Source of the DNA: Octopus vulgaris
Taxonomy: Eukaryota
Length of the DNA stretch: 64,000 nt
Direction: 5' to 3'
Assembly (NCBI GenBank): GCA_951406725.2
Contig: OX597824.1
Coordinates: 14,632,001-14,696,000 of the forward strand
Each line of letters opens with the position of its first letter. Within the stretch, counting starts at the first letter, position 1. A program made the position numbers and the translations under genes. Below, in pieces: positions 25,331 to 39,234 of the stretch. The notes below the pieces were generated by a model, which was not told the origin of the DNA, ran no database searches, and was given only the letters and a program-made list of their open reading frames with translations.

Positions 25331-25785
25331 TTACTAATAAAAGCATCAACACTATTACCCTCAAATTTTTCTAAGAACAAAATTGATACAAGAGAGCAAG
25401 TCTCCAATAGCTCTGGCTTAACAAGAGCTGTACAAGAGATCATTAAGGAGAGATAGAAAGATATCCCTAGATACAACAAAAACATCTGGACAATAAATGG
25501 TACCTTGGAGACAATTTTCTCCACAAAATCAAGTTAACAACAGCAAAGATAGAAACAGGTGTTAAAATATCTATAAAGTTTTTGTAGGAATCCTCAATAC
25601 ACTGGAAATAACTTCAGCAGCAATCCACTTCAAAACATCAGAGAGACATAGAAAAGTACAATTCGTTAATCTAGAGCTAAGTAAATGCAATCAGGATAGA
25701 CAAAGGATAAATAAGTTGACTCATTTCTGACTAATTTTTACAACAACCCCCAGCACACACACACACACACACACACGTATATATA

Positions 25786-26159
25786 CAGGTCGTCAACTTA
25801 CAACCACAATTGGTTCCAGTCGTAAGCCAGCCTATAGGCCTACATAGCTTTGTTATACATTTTTACATTCTCAGGTGAAAGTCACACACAGCATTCTGTA
25901 TTATGCTGGCGTTAGTCAAAAATTTCAGTCTCAAGCAGTCGTCTTATTAACAAATACGAGGTGGCCTCGATGCCTACATGACAGGATAGTCATCCAACAC
26001 AGTGGCGACCGATAACCAAACGTAGGGGATGTGTTTGTTAGCTGACATCATCCGTAGACAGGTTAACTTCTAAGAAATTAAACCCATTAGATTTCAACTG
26101 GACTTTCTATTATTGCTACTGGGCGTTGGTGCACCAGTCGTCGTAATTACAATGACCTG
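25786..26159. mobile_element. Tigger/pogo-like MITE
   Basis: ta|caggtcgtcaacttacaacc ... gtcgtaattacaatgacctg, degenerate TIRs. Confidence 0.45.
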
Positions 26160-26252
26160 CAATCAGAAATGGATCACAAATCAATTAATAACATTGGACA
26201 ACAAAGGTTTTGCTACTAGAGTAAAAGGTGTTTTAGACTAAATCAAGGATTT

Positions 26253-26474
26253 AGGCGGTGAGCTGGCAGAAACGTTAGCGCGACAGTCGAAATGCTTAGC
26301 GATATTTCGTCTGCCATTACGTTCAGAGTTCGAATTCCGCCGAGGTCGACTTTACCTTTCATCCTTTCGGGGTCGATAAATTAAGTACCAGTCACGCACT
26401 GGGATCGATGTAATCGACTTAATCCCTTTGTCTGTTCCCTCTATGTTTAGCCTCTTGTGGGCAATAAAGAAATA
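26253..26474 (+). mobile_element. Family C SINE
   Basis: Monomer with taaatc(a/g)aggat duplication; further monomers at 35231-35452, 40985-41202 and 59341-59563. Confidence 0.9.
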
Positions 26475-27362
26475 TAAATCGAGGATGCTGATCCTAAACC
26501 CACACTCAGAATTGTTCTAGCATGTCAGGATTTTGAGTTATGCACAAGATTATAACTATACTTTCAGCTAGATATCAGCCGTATTATAAAATTTGGTAAA
26601 ATGAAAGCAGTCTTAATTCAAAATGAAAGAAATAACAGCAATAAAACAAACGATGAGAAAGTTCATTATTTAGTTTAGCAATAGGTGGTGCTGACGTATT
26701 GTGTGCAAGCACCAAATACCTCAGTTTGTTCTTGGTAACACTCAGTGTCATTGGCGCTGCTGTCGTGTATGGTATGTGTACCTCTCGCTCTGCGTCATTA
26801 CTGCTTTAACTGTATTCATTGTGTTAGATCATGAATAGGAGAGGCTGTGTCAATCACCCAGACAACTTTTGTTATGTCTGTAGAAAATTTGCTCTGCGTG
26901 ACCAGTGGATGAACATTGCTACCAAATTAAAAATTGCCTGTAAATATTATTTTGGGTGTAAAGTTGGGGACCAATTGAGCTGACGTCATGGGATTCATTT
27001 GTGTTAGTTGTACAGAACTTTCTAGGGAAATCAGAGGAAAATTATACTGATTTAATAAACAATATGCTGACAGTGTATGAAAGAATGGGATGCTGAATGT
27101 CCCTTAAAAAGCACTTCTCAACTTGATTTTTTTCCAATGAATCTTGGTGCCCTTAGTGATGAGCATAGTGAGAGGTTCCACCAGGACATATCTGAGATGG
27201 AAATGAGGTATCAAGGCCAGTTCAATCCACACACGATAGGTGACTACTGCTGGTTCTAACAATGGAAGACCAGCACAATGCATAAGCGCAAGAGCAAGTG
27301 TCTCAGAGATTTCTGAGCTGAGCATATCAAAAATAAAGCAAGTACTCTCTTAATATAAATAT

Positions 27363-27770
27363 AGGTGCAGGAGTGGCTGTGTGGTAGGTAGCTTGTTTAC
27401 CAACTACATGGTTCTGGGTTCAGTCCCACTGCGTGGCACCTTGGGCATGTGTCTTCTACTATAGCCTCAGGTCGACCAAAGCCTTGTGAGTGAATTTGGC
27501 AGACGGAAACTGAAAGAAGCCCATCGTATATATGTATATATATATATATATGTGTGTATATGTTTATGTGTTTGTGTTTGTCCCCCCAACATCGCTTGAC
27601 AACCGACGCTGGAGTGTTTACGTCTCCGTAACTTAGCAGTTCGACAAAAGAGACCGATAGAATAAGTACTAGGCTTACAAAGAATACGTCCTGGGGTCGA
27701 TTTGCTCGACTAAAGGTGGTGCTCCAGCATGGCCACAGTCAAATGACTGAAACAAGTAAAAGAGAGAGTA
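27363..27770 (+). mobile_element. Family A SINE nested in the Chapaev3-like relic (truncated copy at 28334-28636)
   Basis: Same structure. Confidence 0.92.
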
Positions 27771-29322
27771 TACTATGTACCATTATATGATGATACTATT
27801 TGCCTTGAACATAAATTTACTATATACAGTACTAATATACTACTATAATAATTATTTACCTTGAACTTAACTATTCCTGAATCTATTATAGCATTAATAT
27901 ATAATTATGCGCATAACTCAAAATCTTGACATGCTACAGTGATTCTGAGTTCAGATTCGGAATCGGCACACTCGATTTAATTTAGTAAGCACCATTTGTC
28001 TGGGTAGCAGACAATAAATCTTTTTTTGTTGCCCAGTGTAACTGAAATACATTTAATACATATAGTTCAAGTGGTTACATAACAAATTATGTAATTTCTG
28101 GTATAATCTTTGTAATTGGTTTGCAACACAATTTCTAATAATAATTGACTTTTGTTAATAATAATAATCTAGCCTGTCCCGATAGGAATGATACAATTAT
28201 AACGCAATTTGGGAATACAAGTGGAATGTTTATCTGGAAACCGAGTCAAAACATTGGTAAAATGTACAGCATCAAAACACTACTCTCTCTCTCTAACATA
28301 ACAATCATGTAACCTTTATATAATATATATATATGGTTCCAGGTTCAATCCCACTATGTGACATCTTGGGTGTCTTCTACTATAGCCTCGGGCTAACCAA
28401 AGCCATGTGAGTGGATTTGGTAGACAGAAACTGAAAGAAGCCCGTCGTGTGTGTTTGTCCCTCCACCATTGCTTGACAACCAATGTTGGTATGTTTACGT
28501 CCCCGTCACTTAGCAGTTCAGCAAAAAGATACTAGGCTTACAAAGAATAAGTCCTGGGATTGATTTGTTCGACTAAAAGCGGTGCTCCAGCAGGGCCGCA
28601 GTCAAATGACTGAAACAAGTAAAAGAATAAGAGAATATATATACACACACACATTCATACATATTCTCTCTCTCTCTCTCTCTAGACAGATAGACAGACA
28701 GACACATGCTCGTGCAGAGACAGAGTTATATGGTTTAACCGGAACTGGTAAGCTCTACTAAGTACCAGTCTGATTCTGGCTTGGTTTCTACATTTTCCTT
28801 TTATTTCTCACTGGTTTCAGTCATTAGACTGCGACCATGCTGGGGCACTGCCTCGAAGGATTTTAGCCAAACAAATCAACCCCAATAATTGTCTTCCCTC
28901 TCTCTCCCTCCCCTCTCTCTCTTTCGGAGAGGCACTGAGCAGCTATACGCACACATACACACACGGCAGGAACTCCCGCCTACCGAATTCAATCACAAAG
29001 CTTCGGTCGGCTCGGGGCTATAGTGGAAGACACCTACCCAAAGTGCCACGTAGTGGGACTGAACCCGAAACCATGTAACTAGGAAGCAAGCTCCCTAACC
29101 ACACAGCCATGCCCAAAACCTGATACTCATTTTCTTGTTCCCTTTCACTGAAACGCTAAGTGATAGGGGCACAAACACACACACGACAGGCTTCTTTCAG
29201 TTTCCCTCTAGCAAACCTACTCATAAGGCTTTGGTCAGCCAAAACTATAGAAGACACCCAAGTTTGGAAAGTAAACTTCTTATCTATCTATATATATATT
29301 CAATTAATAATTATATATATAT

Positions 29323-29487
29323 TCCGACCGTGGCCGTTGCCAGCCTCGCCTGGCACCTGTGCAGGTGGCACGTAAAAAGCACCCACTACACTCACGGAGT
29401 GGTTGGCGTTAGGAAGGGCATCCAGCTGTAGAAACATTGCCAGATAAGACTGGCATGGAGAACGGACGTTAAACGATGATGATGATA
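29323..29487 (+). mobile_element. Family B retroposon, internally deleted
   Basis: Repeat unit, V-like block, shortened 3' part. Confidence 0.85.
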
Positions 29488-30267
29488 TGTATATAATTAT
29501 ATTACGGGAGCAAGGGCGAAAAGAACAACCTATCTCCAACCTACTTGAATGCTGAGGCATTCAGATACTACCAAAAAAAAACCAAAAAATATTCTAGTAT
29601 CTATATATCTTATATATATCTTCTCTCCTTCTCTATTTATATCCGCCATATGTGTTTCCCCACTAAAATATTTTCTACCTCATATATATATATATATATA
29701 TATTACATATACATAAATATACATACATGCACACATTCATTATTAAAGCTCAGGTATGGCCACACAGCTTAAGAAGTTTGCTTTGTGTCCACTTGGCTCC
29801 AGGTTTGATCCCTCTGCCTGGTACCTTGGGCAAGTGTTTCCTACTATAGCCTTTAGTTAACCAATGCCAGGTGAGTGAAATTAGGCCGACACAAACAGTA
29901 TGGAGTAAACCTGTCGTATGTATGTGTACATGGATGCGTGTGTGTGTGTGGAGGGGGGGAGAGAGAGAGTGTGTGTGTGTGTGTGTGTGTGTTTGTCTTT
30001 CCATGACTTTGCATTGACACAGTTTTGGCAGCAGTGGTGGTATTTATGTCCTGCATAAATTATAAGACCAGTAGTTTGGTGGGTTGAAGTGCAGAGACAT
30101 GGAATGAAGCACCTTGTGCGAAAATAAAGCTTGGTGTCAGTGAGAGCATATGATCACAGAATACTGCCTGCCACAAAAACTATTGTCCACCTCATACCAG
30201 CAAAGAGAGAATGGACATGTAAATGAGTTAATTACTCACATATGCATGCATGCACACACAGTCTTAT

Positions 30268-30610
30268 TCTTTCACTTGCTACAGTCAGTTGACTGTGGCC
30301 ATACTGGAGCACCACCTTGAAGGGTTTTAGTCAAGCACATTGACCCCCCCGCCCCCCAGGATTTATTTTTTAATCCTAGTACTTATTTTAATTTTATTGG
30401 GCACTTTTGCTGAACTGCTAAGTTACGGGGACGTAAACACACAAACACCCACTGATTGTCAAGCGATGACACACACACAATGGGCTTCAATCAGTTTCCA
30501 TCCACCAAATCCACTCACAAGGTATCGGTCAGCCCAAGGCTATAGTAACGACACTTGCCCAAGGTGCCAAGCAGTGAGACTGAACCTGGAACCATGTGGT
30601 TGGGAAGCAA
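30268..30610 (-). mobile_element. Family A SINE, diverged
   Basis: Reverse, decayed copy; other decayed copies at about 28800-29270 and 29755-30050. Confidence 0.75.
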
Positions 30611-31262
30611 TACAAGAAAAAAATTTCAAGTAAATTAAAACAATGAACAAAAATCCAACAGCTATGCAAGAGAGAGACAGAGAGAGACAGACAGAGAGGG
30701 AGAAAGAGAGAGATAGAGAGAGAGACAGACAGACACACACACACACAGAAGAAGAAAAGAGACGCACAGAGATTTCAAACCCTACCACTAACAAGGGCTC
30801 GTTTACTCAATTACCTCCAAAAGCTGACCCACATTACAAATGAGAAGGCAGCCAAGTGTAAAACATTACTTGCTTCAGTAATTAATATACAGATTAGAAT
30901 CTTCAAAGCTAATCCCCTCAGCAGTTGGCATTTGGTGAGAATCCAGTTGTAAAGATCTTGTGCCAAAGAAAACACCCATCTTACTTACTAATGTGCCATC
31001 AAGGAGGACACAAACTAGGATATTATTACTATGATGATGATGATGGTGGTGGTGGTGGTGGTTGTGCACTAATGTAGAATAAACAGTCCTAATAGAAAAG
31101 TTCAGCGCAATCAGATCAAGAGATGAAATCTACTGTAGATATTTTGGGTCCTTGGGAAGGACTTAATTCAACATGTTTCAGGAATAGGGATCAAATCATT
31201 TGGTAATGTCTAGCATCTAGCACTACAGACTAATATCTTACGAGTAAAAAAATGGGGACAAA

Positions 31263-31640
31263 ATCATCATCATCATTGTTTAACGTCCGTTTTCCATGCT
31301 AGCATGGGTTGGACAGTTCAACTGGAGTCTGGGAAGCCAGGAGGCTGTGCCAGGCCCAGTCTGATTTGGCAGTGTTTCTACAGCTGGATGCCCTTCCTAA
31401 CGCCAACCACTCCGAGAGTGTAGTGGGTGCTTTTTATGTGCCACCTGCACAGGTGCCAGACGAGGCTAGCAACGGCCACAATCAGATGGTGCTTTTTCGT
31501 GCCACCGGCACGGAGGCCAGTTGGGGCGGCGCTGGCAACGGCCACATTCAGACGGTTCTCTTACGTGCCACCGGTACTGGTATCTCAGCTATAATTTCCA
31601 TTGATGTCGAAAGATTTTGATTTTGATTTTCGAAATCGAA
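31263..31640 (-). mobile_element. Family B retroposon
   Basis: Three units plus aaaatcaaaatc leader. Confidence 0.9.
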
Positions 31641-32099
31641 ATGAAACTAAAGACAACTGACGAAAACAGCAAATCTCACTCAAAGACACAGTGTGCCACC
31701 AGAAATCAACCAACGCTAACTACTAAGCCGCACGCCTTCACATTTATACAATAATGGCAACAATTTTGGAAACAAATGATGATATATCAATTCACCAGTA
31801 ATATATTTACAACAAACCAAAACAGAATAACAAGAATGCCTATCTATTTGAATTGTAATTAATATGTCCAAACGATAAACAATAGTTGCTTCTTTGTGCT
31901 GTTTTTGTTAATTACTAGGCTTTGTTTTAATCACAAATTACTAACTTTTTTTTTACATTTCTTCTAAATGTTTTCCCTTTGTGTAGTGAATGTAGTGTGG
32001 GATATTTTTATAATTGTTTTTATTTTATTATATTAATTACTAACAGTAGAATTACAAAATCATAAAAGTCCCATGCATTTGCGTGCCCACCACTTATTG

Positions 32100-33335
32100 T
32101 AAAGGGCAAGTGAAATAATGGAAGCACTTTAAAATTTCAAACAAATTTATTTTAATAAGGGGTAGGATGGATTTTGGCAGTAATTACAGCTTGAATTCTA
32201 CGAGGTATGGACTCATACAAGGTTTGAATTATTTCTAAAGGAATTTTTGTCCATTCTTCAACTAAAACAGTCTCCAGTTCTTGTAGTGATGATGGTGGAG
32301 GATATCGACTCTTTACCTGCCTTTCTAAAATGCACCATAAATGTTCAATAATATTCAGATCTGGGGACTATGGTGGCCAGATAAGATGTTCAACTTTACT
32401 AGAATGTTCCTTATGCCATTCAGTAACAACTTTAGCTGTGTGAATTGGAGCATTATCATCCTGAAAGATTGCATTTCTCTCCAGAAACCGTTCCGTAACC
32501 ACAGGATGAATTTGATCAGATAACATGCTTAAATAGTCCTGACTATTAATTCTGGTCATGAAGGGAAACTATTGGGCTGGCGGATTTCCAAGATATAGCC
32601 CCAGCAAATCATCACAGATCCTTCTAAATGCTTAGCAGTTGGAAGAAGGCAGTTTGAGTCAAATGCTTCAATTGGCTGCCTCTTCTTGTATACTCAGCCG
32701 GTGGTTGGAAATAAGGTAAAAGATGATTTGTCCAAGAAAATAACATTCTTCCACTGCTCTAGGGACCAATTATGTAGGTTTTTACTCCACTCTAAACACT
32801 TTGCAACTGAAAGTGGTTGTTTTCTGATTGCAACCCTCCCGTGAAATCCGGCTTTGTGCAGCTCCCAGCAAACACTTTTTGTGGTAACTGGGTTCCCGAG
32901 GTGGTCATTAAGCTCTACAGTAATTTTGGGAGCTGTACTTTTGTGATCCTTTCTAACAATTCACATAAGAGTCTGACGGCCCCTATATGAAAGTTTTGTT
33001 TTGACAAGGTTTTTCCCCCTCTTTCTCAAAGGCTGTCATTACTTTTGAGACAGTACTTTTTGATAGACCAAACTTTTTGACTGTTTACATTACACTAGCA
33101 CCTGCCATATGAGCACCAACAATTTGACCTCTTTGAAAGTCCGATACATCTATCATTTTAATGAATTTTAATTATCTATTTCTGATAATATCTGAAAAGA
33201 AACAGCAATTTTAGCAAAACATATTAAGTAACACTAACATGGAATCAAAAAACAAAAATAAACAAGCTTTTCACGGTTTTATAGATATTTCAAAATTATG
33301 ATACTAGGCGTTTCCATTATATTATCCAACATCTG
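32100..33335 (-). mobile_element. Decayed Tc1-family (DD34E) transposon
   Basis: Minus strand reads MIDVSDFQRGQIVGA... from 33156, FQDDNAPIHTAK, WPP*SPDLNIIEHLW, ending TPY* near 32152; TA|CAG terminus at 33335; left TIR only partly retained. Confidence 0.88.
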
Positions 33336-33339
33336 TATA

Positions 33340-33500
33340 TCAATACATACATAAATACATACCTAGATATATATATATATATATAATAATACATATCGAT
33401 ATATATATATATATATATATATAAACATACATATCGATATATATATATATATATATAAACATACATATCGATATATATATATATATAAACATACATATCG

Positions 33501-33533
<33 letters not shown>

Positions 33534-33777
33534 TATATCCATTTACGTAAATGTATATACATACACACACACACACACCTACATCCATATAATGTATACA
33601 CATAAGCTTATATATACATTTATGCATATATATGTATAAGCATATACTTACATATACGAATATATGTACACATATGCATATATATATACACATATCTACA
33701 CCATATATGCATAAATCTACAAATAAACACACATGTCTACACATATATAGAAATATATATACATATAAGCATATCTT

Positions 33778-33812
<35 letters not shown>

Positions 33813-33972
33813 GTATATATGTATATATATATATATTTATATATATATATGTATATATATGTATATATGTATATATATATATTTATATATATATATGTAT
33901 ATATATGTATATATGTATATATATATATATTTATATATATATATACATATAAGCATATCTTTATATATATAT
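33340..33972. repeat. Compound AT-rich microsatellite
   Basis: (ta)n with aaacatacatatcga and atgt higher-order units. Confidence 0.95.
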
Positions 33973-34079
33973 ACTGCTCTCTTCTTCTCTGCTCACTCCT
34001 TTTCATAGGAGAGTTTAATTTTGTTTTCTATTTCTAACAGTGTAAGTTTCAATTTAGCCCTTTTCCTATCCCCCAGTTC

Positions 34080-36110
34080 TCTATTCAACTGGTTTGATTT
34101 CCCCAGTCTCTGGGAATTCTATTGGCATGTTTGCTGGCCTTTCCTTCTGGCACATATTTGGTGCATATATCTTGTATGGTTGACATAAAATGACCTGGTT
34201 TGAGGTCATTGTCCTGTATAGAAAGGCTGTCATACCAGTTTTGATTTCAAATCTCTTTGCGAATTGACCTCCAGTCTGCCCTGTGGAAATTCAGGTTGAA
34301 TATAGCTTGAGTCCTCCTGATAGGGTGGGTGTCAGTGGGCTGTCTAGGACCATCATCATCGTCGTTTAACGTCCGTTTTCTGCGCTAGCACGGGTTGGAC
34401 GGTTCGACCGGGGGTCTGGGAAGCCAGGAGCTGCACCAGGCTCCAGTCTGATCTGGCAGAGTTTCTACAGCTGGATGCCCTTCCTAACGCCAACCACTCC
34501 GCGAGTGTAGTGGGTGCTTTTTACGTGCCACCTGCACAGGTGCCAGGGGGTTCCGGCATCGGGCCACGATCGGTTGGTGCTTTTAATGTGCCACCGGCAC
34601 GGAAGCCAGCCAAGGCGGCGCTGGCATCGGCCACGTTCGGATGGTGCTTTTTATGTGCCACCGGCACTGGAGCCAGTCGAGGCAGCGCTACATTGTTAAT
34701 TCTATAATGTTATGATCTGAAAGAGATGTAGGTGTTACTTTCACATTATGGATTAGGCTCACACTGTTTGCAAAGCAGAGATCTAAAAAAATATTGCTTC
34801 CCCTGGTTGGTTGGTTGGAGTATCACTTGTTCCATGAAACAGCATGTTGGAGAATTCCAACAAATATTTTGCCTGGCTTTGTTCATGCAGTGACATCCCA
34901 GAGAGGATGTGACCTTCAGGCTATTTAACATTTGGGAGGTTAAAGTCACCTAGGAAAAGTATATTGATGTGTTGGTCCAGATTTGTCAAGACCTCTTCTT
35001 ATGCGTCCGAGGCTATCCTCAAATTTACCCTCCTGCTTTGCAGTATTTGGCGGACGGTATCTTGAGCATACAACTACATCAATTTGTTTTATGTGTACTA
35101 TTAAAGTGTCACAGGCAGAGTTTGAGTGTGATATGAGTAGTAGGAGAGTGACATCTTCTCGGATGTACACAGCAACTCCCCTATGACTTCTATCTTTTCT
35201 GTCTGTTCGGAGTACGGCATACTCTGGTATGTGGCAGAAACGTTACCACGCCGGGCGAAATGCTTAGCGCTATTTCGTCTGTCGCTACGTTCTGAGCTCA
35301 AATTCCATCGAGGTCGACTTTGCCTTTCATCCTTTCGGGGTCGATTAAATAAGTACCAGTTACGCACTGGGGTTGATATAATCGACTTAATCCCATTGTC
35401 TGTCCTTGTTTGTCTTCTCTGTGTTTAGCCCCTTGTGGGTAGTAAAGAAATAGGTATGTTTATCTCCGTATCTGCTATGTTAGATGTTAGATGCGTTTCG
35501 GTAAGCACCATGCATAATGCTTGATTGCATGCAGCTAGGTCTTTCAGTATAGGCCCCAGATATTCAGTAGGAATATGGGTGTGATATCTGTGCAGGGGTC
35601 TCTGGTGTTAGTGGTGACCATCCTGGATCCCTGGTGGTCTTGGATAGTGGTTTGTATGGTGTTGACTCTGTACCCTCTGTATCCATGTTAGTTGATGCAC
35701 TATTTTCTAAGCCATGCTTAAAAAAGTTTGTTGTTCAGATGCTGCAGTTCGCACAGCCTCCGCATATAGCTTTTTGTTGGGAGCAGAAAGAATATGTGGA
35801 CTTCTTTCCTTGTGAATCCTGTTGGTTCTTAGTGGATTATGGGTATGCAGGTTCAAGTTCTTTGGTCACCCTTTTCTACGCTCCTGCTTAAGTTTGTTGT
35901 GGGTAGTCATCAAGCATGTTTTGCTGGTGGTGTTTGGGATGGGCAAATTTGTAGTTTGCTCCCTTTTCCTGGTGCCAATAGGTATCATTTAGGTAGAATT
36001 CACAGATAATCTATTTCTTTGCGCAACATACTTGGGCTTCACACTTGTTAGTGTTCACCATTTCTTTGTCTGCAGTTTTTAGCGAAGCGATTAACATTTG
36101 ATCCTCACGA
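34080..36110 (-). mobile_element. Decayed LINE 5' part (ORF1 with Cys/His knuckles and AP endonuclease), with nested retroposons
   Basis: VLTETHL-like (about 35490-35510), GVAVYIREDV, CSRYRPPNT, LGDFN and SDHN endonuclease motifs; C-rich ORF1 remnants at 35700-36050. Confidence 0.7.
34352..34690 (-). mobile_element. Family B retroposon
   Basis: Three units, V-like block, tail. Confidence 0.9.
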
Positions 36111-36279
36111 TCAGCCGACTTAATTCTACATTTCACTACTCACAGTTTTGAACTGCTAAACATTATTATTGCACTTCCTTAATTTGAATCTTAAACATTA
36201 AAGACTTCATTCATACATTTCTATACACACATACTTTTTTGAATGCCCATTACTCCAATAATTCTGCATTTTTACAGTT

Positions 36280-36613
36280 ACACTTTCCCCACGACAGGAG
36301 ATAAATTTTTTTTCCACAGCGTATTTGTAGTGGCATCATGCAGGTATAGTGTGGATACGATCCCCGATTGCCAAATTTCACTTAACACTTCAACAGCGCT
36401 TTTCTCAAGGTAAAACAATAGTTTTTTCTGTGAACAACATCTCTCACCAACCTCCGACAACCTCTCTTCTCTAGCTAACAATTTTTGTTCTTTTACATGA
36501 CAAAAAATACACCTTTTGTGGCAGTTATAAGGAAATTGCTTTCTTGTATAAGAGTAATAAGGCGTTTTAATAGAACATCTTTACACCCAGGAATTACCGG
36601 GTACACCGGCTAG
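36280..36613 (+). mobile_element. Possible non-autonomous Helitron 3' end
   Basis: Subterminal GC hairpin cccaggaattaccggg followed by CTAG|T at 36610-36614; 5' boundary unknown. Confidence 0.35.
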
Positions 36614-37111
36614 TATATACATTAGACCTCACAGATACTGAAAAAAGACTTTTGTCCATGTTTTTGTGTGTGTTTTTGTTTGTGTACCCCCACCATCGCT
36701 TGACAACTGATGTTGCTGTGTTTGCGTGCTTGTAACTTAGCAGTTCAGGAAAAACACTGATAGAATAAGTACTAGGCTCACTAAGAATAGATCCTGTGGT
36801 CAATTTTTTCAACTGAAGGCGGTGCTCAAGCATGGCCGCAGTCACATGACAAACAAGTGAAACAATAAAAAGCCATACTATTTTAAACCTAAGCAAAATC
36901 AGGTATCACATTTCAATGGAGAAGCTATTGTTTCACTTTGGCACGTAATACTGAAACAGCGCAAGAGATGGATCCCACTCACATTAGGCAAGAAGTTGAA
37001 AATATTTTTGGCACATGACACTTCATGGACCCTAAGTAATGCATGTGTAAAATTTGAATGAAATCTGGGTAGTTCTCGAGTTTTAGTGTTGCACATACAG
37101 ACACATTCTCA

Positions 37112-37152
<41 letters not shown>

Positions 37153-38437
37153 CTTGTGCATTATTCTATAGCTTTGAAATTTTGATGATGTGGTTTGTCA
37201 ATTTTTGAAATGGCATTGAAAGGTAAGTGTGATAGACTGGACCTGGCTGGTTAGAACACAAAAGTGGTTCTATACTTGGGCCACATATGGCTATTTTAAA
37301 TGCTCAAGAGTTAACCTAGCTACCTTCATAGCCCTGTCTTTTAAAAAAAAATTTTTTATGTATCCCAGCAACCACCTCTTACAAAGGTCATATTTGACTG
37401 GTAAAATTCAGAATACAGATTAGTATCAAAACTAATATAATCCTGTTTTGGTGAACTTCTACATTTGCTGTTTAACCACAAGACAGACTTAAACAGAGCT
37501 ATGATCAAAGAGTACCGACCACAGTTTAGTACATCCAGGAATACTTTATCCAATGCATCATACATTTTTATTATTGTAGGGTGTAATTTGAGGGAGGTTT
37601 GACTATTATATCTAGCAGATAGAGCGACAAAGGCAGCAGAAGGTGAATTAATGAACTGAGTAGGATATTTAGTATATTTATGTAACCTGAACTTTGAAGT
37701 CAGATTAAGTAACAAGGAGTTTCATAATCTCAGACCAGTGAATAGAAGATAGTACCAACAAGATACAGTTGGGGTTGAAAACTGCAATATTATAATTAAA
37801 TGTGTGAAGTAAATGAAGGTGAAATAAACTTAGTTTGAGGCAGATAGATACAATTTTAAACCCAAAATGAGAAAAAATACATAGGTAAATATATGTGACG
37901 AGTAAAAAGCCCCACCCCTCACCAATGAACGGTGCTGAGTTGTCAAACATTTAAATCAAATTTTCTCATCAAATTTTACGATCATGATGCTGACACCCTA
38001 ACCACTAAGCCACGCGCCTCCACTTGCCACCTTTTAGAAACCAGAAATTATGCAATTTCTAAGGTAGAAGGAGAGGTTAAATGGTAAGACAACTAATGTC
38101 ACACATTATTAGGGCAGACTAAAATTAGAATACCTTATTAGTCATACATTGCTTTTATTAACTTATTTCATCATCTTCATCGTCTAATGTCCACTTTCCA
38201 TGCTGGCATGGGTTGGATGGTGTGACATGAAGCTTGCCAGCTGGAGGCTGTGCCATGGTTTCTACAGATGGATGCCCTTCATGTGCGAAAGAAGGTTCTT
38301 AAAAGAAATACTTGATCCACCTGCAGTATTAGCCCTCATGTTTCAAGATGTGATGGAAAGGTACTGGTGTTTATATAGTGTTGTAGTAGAAATACAAACG
38401 TTTTATACTTCAAGAATATTTCATAAATATACATATA

Positions 38438-38823
38438 GGCGTAGGAGTGGCTGTGTGGTAAGAAGCTTGCTTATGAACCACATGGTTCCGGGTTCAGTCC
38501 CACTGCGTAGCACCTTGGGCAAGTGTCTTCTCCTATAGCCTCGGGCCGACCAAAGCCTTGTGAGTGGATTTGGTAGATGGAAACTGAAAGAAGCCCGTCG
38601 TATGTATGTATATATGTATGTGTGTATATGTCTTTCCCCTCCAACATCGCTTGACAACCGATGCTGGTGTGTTTACGTCCCCGTAACTTAGCGGTTCGGC
38701 AAAAGAGACAGATAGAATAAGTACTAGGCTTACAAAGAATAAGTCCTGGGGCCGTTTTGCTCGACGAAAGGCGGTGCTCCAGCATGGCCACAGTCAGATG
38801 ACTGAAACAAGTAAAAGTGTAAA
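38438..38823 (+). mobile_element. Family A SINE, full length
   Basis: Same structure; absent from the paralogous segment near 49620. Confidence 0.92.
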
Positions 38824-39234
38824 AGCGCATATATGTCGTATGCAAACATATCAGAAGGCATGTGACTAGGCAATCATTGCGAGCTAGATGTGAAAGTAAA
38901 AGGATAGCTTGATACGTCATTTAAAGAAATCTTAGACATAAATCTGATCCAATCGGCTCGTGTGTGTGCATGTTATTTGTTATATAAAGCAAATGTTCCT
39001 GGTTGGGCTGTTTATCGTTTTATCTAAAATCCGGGTCTTCCTCAAGTTACTCATAATATCCTCAAAGTTCAAACAAGTCAAGCCTGGAAATAGTCAAATG
39101 CTGAAAACAATGAATTGAGTAGGTGTGACTCACAATGTTTACACTACACCATTGGCAGAAGAAGAAGAAGAAAAAGAAGATCTCTGAATGAAAAAAAACA
39201 GGACAAATAGTCATAGTAAAATATGTCACCTTAA

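Larger units (their letters stand above)
26192..28038 (+). mobile_element. Chapaev3-like (CMC) DNA transposon relic with two nested SINEs
   Basis: TAA duplication; termini cattggacaacaaa / tttgttgcccagtg; about 140-bp imperfect TIRs; fragments GCVNHPDNFCYVC and LDFFPMNLGALSDEHSERFHQDISEMEMRYQG..GDYCW. Family name from recalled motifs. Confidence 0.75.

Noticed and set aside
33317-34037. Ile/Tyr-rich ORFs
   Set aside because: Translation of (ta)n microsatellite.
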